DNA of 64,000 bases, taken from Podarcis pityusensis. Taxonomy: Eukaryota. Positions 1-12,920 of this stretch are shown in pieces; within the stretch, counting starts at the first letter, position 1, and each line of letters begins with the position of its first letter. The stretch lies in the NCBI GenBank assembly GCA_964106645.2, contig OZ067042.1. The stretch is one strand, 5' to 3'. The notes under the pieces were generated by a model. It did no database searches. It saw only the letters and a list, made by a program, of their open reading frames with translations, and was not told the origin of the DNA. The translations under genes and the position numbers were made by a program.

Positions 1-2498
1 TAAGTAGTTATCCTAAATGTTGGTAATGAATTCTCGAAAGCAGACACCTCCAATATCCTACCCAATTTAGTACAAACATTAATTTCCTTTTCTCTCCTTC
101 ATGCCATCATAACAGCAGTTCTGCAACCTTGCCAAACAGGCATTAGATAACAACAGAGCAATGGAGTGGATATATTCCAGCAGGGCTTGAGTCAAACAGG
201 AAATGCTCCAGCTGGGACTAGTGAACTGCAGGGAAACAATCTTCTTCCAGATAAGGGGATGGGGGTGTAATAAAGGCAGAAGGTGCATGATGCAAACCCG
301 AGCAGCCCTGAACACAAAAGGGAATCCACAAATGCTTCTTCTCAAAAGGCTAGTGTGCTGCAGTGATCCTGAGTGTTAAGATCTGGGTAGGAAGGGTTAT
401 CAGATAAAATCCTTATCTGAGTATACTGACTGGAGACAGACCATACTTTTTTAAACCCAAGTTTCTCTGAGCCTGCAGACTTATTATTTAGGGTGGATTC
501 ATAAATGCATGTACGTCATGGAAGGCTTAGAGGACACAAAAGTCAGACAATGCACATCGTCCAATTGAATAGCTCACCACTCATTAACTCTTAACTAAAT
601 GTTAAATCTGCCACCACTAACAAATAAAAGGTTTTGAGATATGTTTTAGTGATGAGAGGATACAAATGTGCTTTCTCCTGTGAAGTCAGTCAGGTTTCCC
701 CATGTCCCTGAAGTCTTTTTCCTGACAGATACACTTATCAGATGACTTCACTCAGCTGCTTCCTCAGAAAAAGATCAATTGTATTTTTTATTTCCAGAGA
801 AACCATTTTGGTTGGTTCATTTTTTTGAGGATAAATGCATGAGGCTATAGAAGCAATGAAATCTCAGGCTATACCAGAAAAAGCTGGCCCTAGCATATAT
901 GTGTGGTCCAGCTTTCTTCCTTCACAGTGGTCAACCAAATGTCTATAGGAAGCCTGCAAGCAGTGCCTGGGCACAACAACACTCTCCCTTTCTGTGGTTT
1001 CCAGCAACTGATATTCAGAAACATATAACTTCTGGGAGTATTTAATTCTTACTGCTTTTTTATTTATTTTTAAGCAAAATTTAGTTGCTTTTAATTTAGT
1101 TATAAGTTGTTTTAACTGCTTTTAACGTGTTTTAATTGTTGTAACTCGCCCTACGACCTTAGGATGAAGGGCAGGTAATAAATTTAAACAACAATAATAT
1201 TTATTATTATTTTATTTTTTTAAAAGGCAGCCATAAGGAAAAACTTCAAAACCTACATGGTCACAGTACCTTTAATGGGACCGATAATGATAGTAAAAAA
1301 TTTTTTTGTATATCACAAGAAAGCAAGATAAGGTATAGAATTTCTCCTTGTAGTTTGCTTTTGAAATGCGGTAACTTCGTTCAAAAAGAATATATGAGAA
1401 GAGTGTGTGACCAAGGGATGACCCGTATGCTGTTTTCAACATCTGCTAGCTAGGAAACTTGGATGTAAGCTTCTTTTCTTATTGGTATAAATGAATATTT
1501 CCATCTGGCAGGAAGGTCAGTGTTCTAACTAGCAAATGCCAGCCTGAGTAAAATTGGAGATAAAGCTAAAAAGATGCAAAGCCCAACCTCATATGCCCTT
1601 GCTGTAAATAGTGACATGCATGCTTCAGCTGAGGGAGATATACACGTCGTAAGCAGTTAGGTCTGCAGCAAATACAAGAAGTGGATACACTTTTTAGATG
1701 ACAGAGATAAAACAAGCAAACAAAAAGATTCAATATGGACCAATATAGTCCTCACTTTTAGAATACTGGGGAAATGTCTGAGATTCAGAAATGGCAGAGT
1801 AAGCAAGCAAAGTGGAAAATTAAGTAATTAGATGTGATGAAGAGTTTGGGACAAAAAGTAACAGGTGTTATTGGATGCGCACAATAATTGATGCTGGGAT
1901 GGGCATTGGATGCTATTTTCCTGAAATTAGAAAAATAAGTCATTTATTAAATACATTTTTCCTGTATCAAGTGGATTATTTATGTTGAAAGTTATTGCTA
2001 ATATTTTTGAACCAAACAGAAATAAACAGCTTTCAGATACAGTTTAAAGCAAGGGCCAACTTTTAAAAAAAGTATTACAGAAACAAAATAACCCTACAAA
2101 AGATAAACGGTTTAGCTCACAACACTGCTTAACTTGTAGTAACACCAAACAAAATAAGTGATCACTAATTAAAATTGCCCCCACTGTTTATTCAACTATA
2201 AACATTAGTTGATTTAATTTACCTAATTAATCTATGAACTCTATCCAAAGTGCTAAGAGATCTTGTTTGGACTCGTGGCCAAGATTAACACTGGTATGGG
2301 GGTTGTTCTTGGGTAACACCCTGCTTTGCTTATGAGAGCCCTGGGCAAATTACAAAACAGAACTAAAAACCCAAGGTCCATAAAATACAGTAAAACAAAA
2401 ATGTAAACAATTATCCACAGAATACAGTATTGTTTATTCATATGCAGTATTTGCCAAATTTAATTTACAAAGCAGTTTACAATTTAAAAATGCATGTA

Positions 2499-2740
2499 CA
2501 GTGGTATCTCAGGTTACATACGCTTCAGGTTACATACGCTTCAGGTTACATACTCCACTAACCCAGAAATAGTGCTTCAGGTTAAGAACTTTGCTTCAGG
2601 TTGAGAACAAAAATCGTGCTCCGGCGGCGCGGCAGCAGCAGGAGGCCCCATTAGCTAAAGTGGTGCTTCAGGTTAAGAACAGTTTCAGGTTAAGTACGGA
2701 CCTCCGGAATGAATTAAGTACTTAACCCGAGGTACCACTG
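2499..2740 (+). mobile_element. Tc1/mariner-superfamily (pogo/Tigger-like) MITE, family A copy 1
   Basis: TA|CAGTGGTATCTCAGGTTA...TAACCCGAGGTACCACTG|TA; TA TSD; homologous copies at 12921 and 38382. Confidence 0.88.
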
Positions 2741-3616
2741 TACACACTACGGCTGAAACCAATACCAATATAGCAAAACTAAAAAACACATATATTAAAG
2801 CAGTCAATGGAATATTTATTTCATCAACGTATATAGTTCATGTAATACATAAAACCCTCCAATCTGTGATTTAACAAAATGACACCCTAAAATCATTAAG
2901 TGAAAATTCCAATAAAACAAAACACGTACTTTCAATATCAGAATAAAAATCTGGAGACAAAATACTAAGCAGTACAATATAAAAATTAAGCCAGGAAATG
3001 CAAGCAATTTTTAAAAAGAAGTTCTAAAACATGCCACAGTTGACCCCTCTTGGATTACAGGGGCAAGGGTTCCAGAGGGTTAGTGCTACTGTGGGAAACA
3101 CCTGCTTCTGCTTTGTCACTAGATGACAATCATCTGTGTATCTTATAGAAGGCTCACTGTTGAATTCCTTCCTTTTAAGGAGCTTGATTAATGGATGGTC
3201 CAACCTTTCCCTTTTAGAAAATGCTGGATATTTTGTATTTTACTGAAATGTTGTGAACTGCCCTGAGAACCTTGGGGTTGAGGGTAGGTTGTTGTTGTTG
3301 TTGTCGCCGTTATGCTGCTACTGCAATGATGATTTGTTTCCTAATACCAAATTGGTCAAGGCTAGATGAAATATATCCCAAGAAGACCAGAGGCATTGCA
3401 GAATCATCATATGAAAAATTGAAAGGTTATCAACGTATTGTGGCTGATGCCACCAATGCATACAATATTAATTCCATACAATCCCGAAATGTGAACTCTG
3501 CAAAAAGATTTGAGCACACAAATGTGGCAGGAGATCAGCTGTGTTTACTTGATTCTGCTACACATCTGCTATGTTCACATGTGATCACTTTGCAGCAATG
3601 AAGACCAAAAACGCCG

Positions 3617-3618
<2 letters not shown>

Positions 3619-3651
<33 letters not shown>
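3619..3651. repeat. (TA)n microsatellite at the 5' edge of the CpG island
   Basis: Direct reading. Confidence 0.95.
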
Positions 3652-3654
<3 letters not shown>

Positions 3655-4520
3655 TGGCGCTCTTCGCTTGTTTTTGTCATAACACTGATTTCGTTTCCTT
3701 GCTAGCGTGTGTGCAGCGGGGCGGCGAGGAATGCAATTTTCGAGCACCAAAAGCGCGTTGGTCTGGCCCTGTGTGGATGCGCAGGCTGGGGATGATGAGT
3801 CAGATCTCCTGCGATAGAGCAAGTGCATGGATGCGGTTGGCACGGATGCCTGCCGTCTCCATTTTCGCTCGCTGCTTTGAGGAGTCATACCCGGAGTGGG
3901 CGGGGAGGCGCTTGTGCTCTGCCCAGGGCGAAGACGGCTGCCTCTGCCGGCTTTCCCCCCGGGGCCACGCATCGCAGTTCCGCAGTGAGCGGGTCGGCGG
4001 CCTCTGGAGCGCCCAGAGCAGGCACGCCTCGCTCCCTCCCTCCCTCCGGAGAGGCAGCATCAACAGCGGCAGAAGCCGAGTGCCAGCCCCGCCCTTCTGG
4101 CGGCTGCGGTCGACAGGCTCCTCTGCTCTGCCAGCCAATCAGCGCGCTGACAGGGCCGAGGGGCGGGGCGCGCAGTGAACCTGCAGGAATCGAGCATCCC
4201 CAGAGAGCGCAGCATCAGCACCACAAGCCCGGGGAGGCGGCCAGGCGCGTCTCTTCGCATCTCGTTCCATCGGGCAAGCGGGCGCGCAGGCAGAGGCCGC
4301 ATCCCGGAGCCCCGCCAATGCCAGCGCCGGCATTTCCCAACCAAGGGCGGACCGCACGGAGCCTCTGAGCCCGCAAAAGGTAAGCCCGCAGCCTTCCATC
4401 GCCTTTTCTCTTGGTACCCCCCCCCTCTCTCGCCCTTGGAGCTGCCTCGCCTTTTGCAGCACTGGCCCTCTAGCGGCCCGTATCCGCGGGAGAGAGGCCT
4501 CGGGAGACCTTGCAGGTCCT
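3650..4520. promoter_or_regulatory. CpG island / KIF1A promoter with CCAAT box (4135-4139) and GC box (GGGGCGGGGC, ~4160-4169)
   Basis: Abrupt GC- and CpG-rich stretch in an otherwise CpG-poor window. It lies ~15 kb upstream of the first coding exon and contains a + strand splice donor. Boundaries are approximate. Confidence 0.85.
4175..4379 (+). other. KIF1A: Probable non-coding exon 1 (5' UTR) of KIF1A; start approximate
   Basis: Consensus donor AAAAG|GTAAGC at 4379/4380 inside the CpG island, downstream of the CCAAT/GC boxes. Vertebrate KIF1A has its ATG in exon 2. Confidence 0.65.
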
Positions 4521-4820
4521 CTCGCAGGTCCTATTCATTCTGCTTTGAATGCAGCTGGTAGTTGCGCATCTCTCCCCCTCCCTTGCGGCTGGCTGGGTTT
4601 CAAGAAAGGACAATGGACACCAGTTTCCAGCCGATGCTGCTTTGAATTCTCTGGGGGAACAATCACGGGTGTGTGTCTGGCGCTCAGCGTGTGTCCAATC
4701 ATGGGCCCCACCATCGGGCCACTGTTTCTGTCCCTTGGATGTGTGAGGCTATTAAGGAAAGAGCAAGATTTAAGTGACAACACAGGTTCTGTTCTCTATT
4801 TTTCTTTCCATTGGAAAGCG

Positions 4821-4823
<3 letters not shown>

Positions 4824-4880
<57 letters not shown>
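4824..4880. repeat. (TG)n(AG)n compound microsatellite (similar ones at ~27693-27765 and ~37242-37285)
   Basis: Direct reading. Confidence 0.95.
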
Positions 4881-7800
4881 AGTATGAGGGGGTGTTATGG
4901 CCAGTAATGGTAGCAGGTAAGAGAACAGTCAGACTGGAAAATGATGTTAGGAATGAAAGGAGACAGGAACCCTCCCTTGTAAAAGAAAATGTGATGTTTC
5001 CAATAAAATTCAGTTTAGATTGCAATTATAACCCATTTGCTCAGACTCAAAAGACAAAAACACCCACCAGGCACAGTTTTTATTGTGATGCCTGACTAGT
5101 TTCCTGTGCTTTCTACACTTGCTTATTTTTTCTAATCCATCATAGAGAGGGCAGATGCCTTTTCCCCTTGATCAGTCTGTGTTGCTCTCTGAGAAAGAAG
5201 AAAGACCCTCTTATTGTCTTTCAAACCAATCTGCAAGCTTCTGAAAAATGTCCAGCTAGGCAACAGAAATGCATTGCTAATAAACACCACCCCACCCCAC
5301 CCCATCTGCCCCTGCGCCAATGGCTGTGACACAGGGACCATGGAAAGAATGCAGAGTCATGGGGACTGGGCGAGGGCTTGCCAGCCAGTCCGCATAACCT
5401 ATGTTTTGAGCACCCCATAATTCACACTTATTTGATTTGAACCAAACCCTGCATCCTTTTAATGAAAGCACATATGAGAGACAAGGGCGGGAGGGTGAGA
5501 AGGAACTATGTCTGTTGTAGCAGTAGCAATAACATTCCAGTCTCCATTTCCTGCACATGCTATGGCTCCCAATTTCTGTGTGGGTGTGTGGAGAACCTTG
5601 GAAACCTGTGGCATGGCATATATCTTTATAAAAATACAGTCCTGTTTGATGAAGATGGAACAATGTTGGCTGCAGCAAAACAAAGGTGGGTACATTGTCA
5701 TCTGTCGCATTTGAGGGGAAAGAAGCAGTTAGCTAGGGGCAATACTTTAGGTGTGTGTGTGTGTTTGTGTATATATATATATATATATATATAGGACTGC
5801 TCTGATGTGGGTGGAGAATCTATCTGGGTGTCAGCCATTTTATAGGGTTTAGAGCCCACACTGCTGTAGTATCACTGGATAGGCTTGTACTATAGCATCC
5901 CCTGGTCTTAAATATGTCCTGGATGGGGGTTTGTTTGGGTAAAGGAGAGGGTGTGAAAAATGGACACCGACTCCATGCTTAAATCTAGCACCTGCCTTGA
6001 GCACCACAAGGTCCTTTACTAGTTCTCTTATAATCCCAGGCAGAGTAAAACCATAATGCTTTTGGGTGTCAGATAGAAATGGTGCATCTTCCTGAATGAT
6101 CTTGAAAAGACAAAAGGGCCTGCGGGCATTAGATACATGGCAGAGGTGATGACTATAAGCAGGGAGGGGGCCCTGCTATTAGTGTGGCCTGCTTGGAAGT
6201 CAACCGAGGCCATCTTAGGAGCAACATGACTGCTGACAACATGGCTGAATATAATGACTTATGCTATTGTGCCAAGGGCTTTGAGCAAGAGACATCTCTT
6301 CCCCCATCCCCAGCCTAAAGCATGGCCTCTATGAAGTATGCTAAGGAAAAGGAACCCTTTATACTTCAGCAGTATAAATTCAGAGTTGGAAATAGAAGTG
6401 GAAGGAATCTGTGCATGTCATAGCATGAGTCCTCAAGGCAGGCAGTTGCAAACAGCACCTCAAGGAATACGAATTTGCTGCAACGCTCGTTCCTTTAGGG
6501 CACAGAACAACAACCAGGTTTTGCCACTATTAATAAGAGATGAGGCGGCTGTTTTAGGGTTGTAAGCCTCATGAAATAGTTCATATAAGGAGGGAACAGG
6601 ACCTGTGGTTCAGTTAGATAATTTTGGGCTCTGGGCTTCATAGTCTTGTGGGTGGGGTGCCCTCTTTAGATAATCTTCTGCATTACAGTACTTAAAAATG
6701 TTGTAAGCCAGGCCTGCTGCATTGGGGGGCCCTCCTGTTCATTCTGCTGAGTACCTGAAGTCCTGCCCTGCAGCACCACTGAAGAGGAAGTGCTGACATA
6801 TGATCTGGATTACGCTCCAAAATTTCCAAAACTAGATAATCACCATTTACCCCCCCTTTTTTTTTACTTCTGCCATTTTTTAGCTTCCAGTGAAAGAATA
6901 GGGAGCAGGTCACATGCTTTTTTGTTTTCTGGATGATGCAAACTGATGTTCATCCACACTGGCCTTTTGACAAGGTTATGGCCTGTCTTCTACATCTGCC
7001 ATTGCAAACCGGGGCACAGAAGTTTTTAATAATCAGAAGTTCAGAGCATTTCTTTTGGCTCAGCTTTAGTTTGCTTTGGTCACAGTGTGACTCCTGTGAC
7101 TTGCCATTATGATTTGCTATGGGTTTCTTTTGATATATCTCCTTGCAACCCTAGCTAGGCCAGGCCCAGTCTTCTACATCCTCTGAATAGTTTACCATTT
7201 ACCATTTCATAGCTCGTGGGGGAGGACTAAGGTCACTGACAACATGGTGGCAGGGCAGAGTAAAAGCTAAGATACTACGGAATATTCAATTCTTAGCCAA
7301 CTTCATTCTGACAAAGGGTGAGGGGGTGTATGGATCACTGCATTTGCAGATCATATTTTCACAACTGTTATTATATAGTTACCCTTTATCTTCTTGTGAG
7401 CTCTTGGCTCCATTTCCCACAAATTATCTTCCTTTGTCTCTTCCATGCAAACTCTTCAGCTCACATTGATTTCCTCTATTTGTAGAATGTTGACATGTGT
7501 TTTTTCTTTTAGCTTATTAGTGCATTTAATCATTGTTTGAATGTTTTAAAGAGTTGTTTTTAACTGTTTTTTAAACTGATAACTATTGCTTTATTATATT
7601 TTGTAATCTGCTTTGAGGTTTTATTACAATCAAGAGGCATCTAAATCTAGTGAAATACAGAAAATAGATAAAAATAATCAAAAGGCTACTTTAAAGATGA
7701 AAACAGAACAAAGTGCAAAAAGCAGTAAGAATGTAAAATGCTGCCTTATACTCTCTTAGAAGAATGACCCATGCTTGCATTATCCCATTAGCAGCAAGGG

Positions 7801-7950
7801 TCCAGTGGGAGAGTTTTTCCCTAGCCCTAAAAAACACACACTACAATTATGTATTATTATCCCATTCTTTCTCAAAAGTGTCCAGGGCAGTATGCATTGT
7901 TCACTCTAGACTTTATTTAGCAACCTGTGAGGTATATTAGATTGAGAGAT

Positions 7951-8115
7951 CAGAGGCGGATTTAGGGTAGCCTGACTGGTTCGCCTGCACTGGGAGGGCT
8001 CCACAAGGGGCACTTCAACAATGACAAACAATGGAAAGCCAGAGGCAGGGGGCACGCTGAATTTCGGCGTTGCACAAGGTGCCCCTGAAATTTTAAAGCC
8101 CAAAGTTCACCAGTG
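7951..8115. mobile_element. Short DNA-transposon MITE family B copy 1
   Basis: Starts CAGAGGCGGATTT, ends TTCACCAGTG, flanked by GAGAGAT repeats; homologous to 8170-8345 and ~26316-26470. Confidence 0.65.
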
Positions 8116-8169
8116 GAGAGATGCTGACTGGCCCAGGGTCACCCAGTAGGTTTTGTGGTTGAGTGGGGA

Positions 8170-8345
8170 CAGAGGCAGATTTAAGGGGACACGACCGGAT
8201 CACTTGCACTGGGCACAGAGCCTCAGGGGTGCTGTTGGGGGCTCTACAACTATGATTTAGAACAGAGTGCTAGAGGCACAGGGGCACTGAATTTTGGCAT
8301 TGTACAGGGCACTGCTGAAATTTGAGACCCCAAGATCTGACAATG
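8170..8345. mobile_element. MITE family B copy 2
   Basis: Starts CAGAGGCAGATTT, flanked by GTGGGGA repeats. Confidence 0.65.
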
Positions 8346-8719
8346 GTGGGGATTTGAATCCAGGCCGCCTCAGGCATAGGTGGTAACCATGACGTACACA
8401 GTGGCACTAAAGTGTAAGTCCTTCCTCTGTCTTTAAAGGTGCAAGATATAAGCTATATAACACTGAGTAAAAATGATTCATAATCTGAATGAGTCAACAA
8501 AGTGAGATGGTTGCAGGAAAAGGCAAGTGCTATTTTGAAATGCATTAACAAAAGGATTATTTGCACAAAAGGCTCTTTATCACTGATGGGGTCCAGTTCC
8601 AGATATGCCATTTTGCAAAGATTCGTGTCTATTGAGGAGCAGTAAGGGCAGTGAAGATTGTCCTTTGCCTCCATCACATCTTCAAGTACCTGCATAGCAG
8701 AGGGGTTGTTTTGTATTGC

Positions 8720-10485
8720 CTGAAGCTTTTTAATACCTGCTCCAGGGAATGGAGTTTTAGACCATTTGGAAGCCCACTATGATTTGTTTGCAAGGCACTT
8801 TGAGAGCAAAGTGGCTCACCCCCATAGCTATCTTGATGCTACATTTACTGCATTCTCCCAGGAGGTATCCAGTGCAACATCTACTTTGAAATCATAGGTT
8901 TCAGTTTATATGGCCTAATTATGTGGACAAACTGCTTGCAATGATGTACCCAACCATGTGTTCCTCTTGCCTCTTTTATCTTATTAAAGCATGCTGACCA
9001 GGTATGGTAAGGTGGCTTCAGAGTGTAGTCAATGTATCCTAGCAGAAGAGAGTGGTCCTGGCTGTCTTCAAAGAGATGGTGATTCAATCACTTCTGGGGG
9101 GGGGACACCCCTCATACTGGACCCTTGAGTTTGTCACAAATACCTTTGAGGGAAGGTAATCAAGAGTGTCATGGTGGGACAGTTGCAAATACTCAAATAA
9201 TAATCTTGGCCCATTTCATTCTGGGTTGATGGGACTGAACCGGCCTTGGTTGATGGGTGGTCTTTAATGGGAGAAGGACAAGGGGAGTGCAACCCTGTTA
9301 TTCTTAAATAGTCTCCCAGCAGCTTTTGACACCATCGTCCATGGTATCCAACTGAACTGGTTGGGTGAGATGGCTTCTGCGGGCAATGTTTTATATTGGT
9401 TCTGATTCTGTCTCCAGGGTTGGTTTTGCAGAATAGCATTGGATGTTTTTTTTGCTCCCTGTACGATGTGCTGTGGGGTGCCATAGGGTACCATCTTATC
9501 CCCTATGCTATTTAACATCTACATGAAGCTGTTGAGATCAGTTGGCAAGAGATTTGGGGCAAAGTATAATCAGTATGCTGGTGATATACACATATCTGTT
9601 TCTCTGTAACATAAGAATCAAGATAGGCCATGTAAACCCTGGACCAGTGCCTGGACTTGGTGGTGAGCTGGCTGAGGGCCAGCAAACTGAGTCTGAATCA
9701 CAACAAGATGAAAGTGCTGTGGGTGAGTGGGTCTCAAGTCCAGATAATTGGTCAGTTGCCCACTTTGAATGGAGTCATATTCTCCCTGAAAGAGCATATT
9801 AGTAGTCTAGAGGCCAGGTGAACACAGTGGATAGAAGTACCTTTTACCAGCTTTAGCTGTTTCTTGTCTGGCATAGCCTGATTGCTGTTCAGGGATAACA
9901 GCAATCAAGCTATGCCAGACAAGAAACATCTGAAGCTGGTAAAAGGTACTTTTACCTCCAGATTGGATTACCACAATGCACTCCATATAGCGTTGGACCT
10001 GTGGTTGGTTTGGAAGCTGCAGCTAGTACAAAATGTAGCTGCTTGACTGCTCACTAGGGCAGAATATCACCATCAAATTACTGGGCAAAGTTAAAGGGGC
10101 TGGTAGTGTTGTACTTACACAGCTTGGGGCCAGGACACCTAAAATATCATCTCACCTCTTCTATAACCATCTGACCACTGCATCCTGCAGCAGAAGGTCA
10201 TCAGGAGATCTGGTCTGTACCATGCGGAACTTGGACCTTCAATGTGGCAGTACCTAGTCTTTGGAACACCTTTCATTACATATCAGAGACCTCTATTGTC
10301 TTTTCAGTGCCCTCTGAAGACCTTCCTTTCTCAGCAAACCTTTTAAGTGGAGATTTTTACCCTAGTCTGCATCTGTATTGGACTTGAAATTGTATATGTC
10401 ATTATTGTCACTGTCTTTATTGTTAAATCGCTTTGGCGTGCTTTATGGGATATGATTAATTCATAAATGAAATTAAATAAATAAA
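8720..10485 (+). mobile_element. Degenerate 5'-truncated L2-clade LINE (ORF2 RT remnant plus 3' end)
   Basis: Decayed RT motifs AAFDTIVHGI (~9317), GVP*GTILSPMLFNIYMK (~9475) and QYAGD (YADD-like, ~9571); A/T-rich tail near 10470-10485. Boundaries are approximate. Confidence 0.82.
9835..9951. repeat. Near-perfect inverted repeat: 55-bp arms, 7-nt loop
   Basis: 9835-9889 is the reverse complement of 9897-9951 with 3 differences. Confidence 0.92.
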
Positions 10486-11677
10486 AGCAAGCAAATTTGT
10501 AGACAGTTGAAAGATGAACAAAGTTTATGAAAAGCAAAATTTTGTGAAGTATTTAAAAGAATACAGTGAATATAAAGGAGAATAACTATTGATCAAGATG
10601 ACTAGAGGGAAGACAAAAATGGGGAGTTGAAATTGCACCATATAAGACCCAGAATTTCAGGACATCAGCAAGGTTGGTGGTCACAGATGAAGTACTGAGA
10701 ATAGGAAAGATAACAACAACAACAACATTGTTATTTATTCCCCCACCCATCTGACTGGGTTGCCAGAACTGTCAATGGAGGAACATGTTAAAATAAATTA
10801 TAGAATTTACTTCTCTAAAGGTTTTCAGCAGGTGGTGAAAGTACCATCTCTTGGAGCTAGTTTGCAAAATTTCATTTATCTTTCAGGGTTCAACTAGGCA
10901 GCTCTTTGAGTCACCCGTATTAACAATTCTATGAACATTATTCCTATTGTCTAGGTTTTGTTAGAGCCTGCTTTGGTATTATTGTGATCTCCTAAGTACC
11001 CTTAAGGTCAAGAAATACCCTCCCAGTTGTATTTCTAGGCACTGTTGTGCTCCAGAAAGCACACTCACCACACGTTGTTCAATCTTCTCTTGAGGACTGA
11101 GTTCAGGAGCAACATGTTTCGCCCATATGAAGCAGAAGGGACTGTGAAGAGTGCATCTGTGTCATCATCAAGCAGCCTCCCTCATCGCACACCTAAAGCT
11201 GGTTTTCAGCTTAAAAACAAAAATTGCCTTCCCCACTTTTTTTAAATAAAAAAACTTCAGACAGGGGGCATATGATTGTTTGAATATATGACAGCTGAAG
11301 CAGGATGTGTACAACAAACTAAGGAAGTTCCAAACCAGCAAGGAAACTAGAATTTGCTGCGTGAAGGCAGGCTTATAAATATTTAAAGCAAATAAGTAAA
11401 ATGTGTGTCATTTGAAGAACAAAGGCAAAATGGGAGTCAACTCTTTGCTGCCTGACATAAATGCATTGTAGTCCTTTCTAAGATAGAGACACAAAATGCC
11501 AGCAGTGCATTGGTGTTATGCAACTTTACTGTTGCAACTTTTGTCTTCTGGAAATTCTTAATTATAATATTACTTCACTCAATGGCAGAATAGTTGACAG
11601 TCAAATTCACCTACTCTGAATGGTTCCAAACAGGATTATAGTGGCAATTCTGTGGGGAGCAGGCCAAATGCATATGG

Positions 11678-11815
11678 CAGAGATGGGGAACCTGTGGCCC
11701 TCCAGCTGTTATTGGATTACAACTCCCATCAGCCCCAGCCACATGCTCAGAGGTCAGGGATGATGGGAGTTGTAGTCTAGCAACATCTGGAGGGCCATAG
11801 GCTCCCCCATCCCTG
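11678..11815. mobile_element. Palindromic ~135-bp hAT-like MITE (further copies ~42040-42147, ~57217-57333, 58092-58222, ~63650-63760)
   Basis: Self-complementary arms GGCCCTCCAG...ACAACTCCCATCA / TGATGGGAGTTGT...CTGGAGGGCC. Confidence 0.8.
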
Positions 11816-12920
11816 ATGTAGGGTGAATGTTATGTGTAGGGAGCTATCAACTCAATGCAAAACGAATCAGAATCTAAATATAGGTAGTCTAATATGCTAC
11901 AGCGAGTTTGACTGTAATCCTGAACACACTTAATGGGAAATAAGCTCCACTGTGGGCCTTATTTCTGAGTAGGGATGGAAGGATCTCTCAATTTTGGTTT
12001 TCTCAGATTCTCATTCTTAAATTTGCTTTTTTGCATTTCTGCAGCAGTATGAGTATTTTTAAAATATCCTCGTGAAAATTCTTCAGCATTTTAGTGCAAT
12101 TTTCTTCTAATATCATATTTTGGATGCAGATCTGTATGCAGTTTCTCCTAATATAATGCATTTTTTGTATGTTATTTTCAATTATATATTCATTTTATGT
12201 GCACTTTCTTTCACCAGATTTATGCATTTTTGTAAACATTGGTTGGTTGGAAAACTACATTTTAAAAATAATAACTGAAAGTTTTGGGAAGGCACCTCAT
12301 ATATCCACCTATCCTATCTTGGGGCTGCAGTCCAGAGGGCAGCAAATTCAGGCTGTTGATTATATTTCAGAAGCCTGTTATGTACCACAGACAAAAATGC
12401 TTCACTCACTCCAAAACCTTTCTAGCAGTGTAACAGCTTTGCTGTGTTGGGAACTGCACAATGAGACAGCCCTATTAGAAATGCATGTGATTATCTTAAT
12501 TACTAATTACTATGGCTCCTTCATGGGTATTCTTTTAACATCTCTGCTTCTTTGTTAGTTTTGTTTTCTGTGTTTTGAATTTCAGGGGGAGGGTGAACTT
12601 TTATGGTATCTATTTACTGTTTTTGGTTTGGCGAATGAGGGAACAAACTGCTCCCAACACTCAAGGTTTGGTTGTCATGTTCAGTGGGCAGGAATTGAGA
12701 GGGTGATGCGCTGTAGTGCACATTGGCTAAGTTGGATGAAATTCCCTGTGAGACCAAGAAATTGTCACCTTAGTCTCTAGAAGAATTACATCAGTCAAGA
12801 GGCACTCCTAGCACTGTCTCATTAAGCCTAACAACAGAACACCTCGCACAAACATAGCTCCAGTAAACTGTTTTATAAATGACATGTGGGATTGGCAAGA
12901 AAATGCTGGAGTGTGAAGTA

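Noticed and set aside
79-345. 88-aa minus-strand ORF as an exon of a neighbouring gene
   Set aside because: No recognisable homology or convincing splice signals in any frame.
4215-4224. REST/RE1-like TCAGCACCAC in exon 1
   Set aside because: Only the left half-site is present; the GGACAG right half is missing.
3535-4561. Cluster of 100-180-aa ORFs on both strands
   Set aside because: Stop-codon depletion in the CpG island explains them. They are Arg/Pro/Gly/Ala-rich with no recognisable domain.
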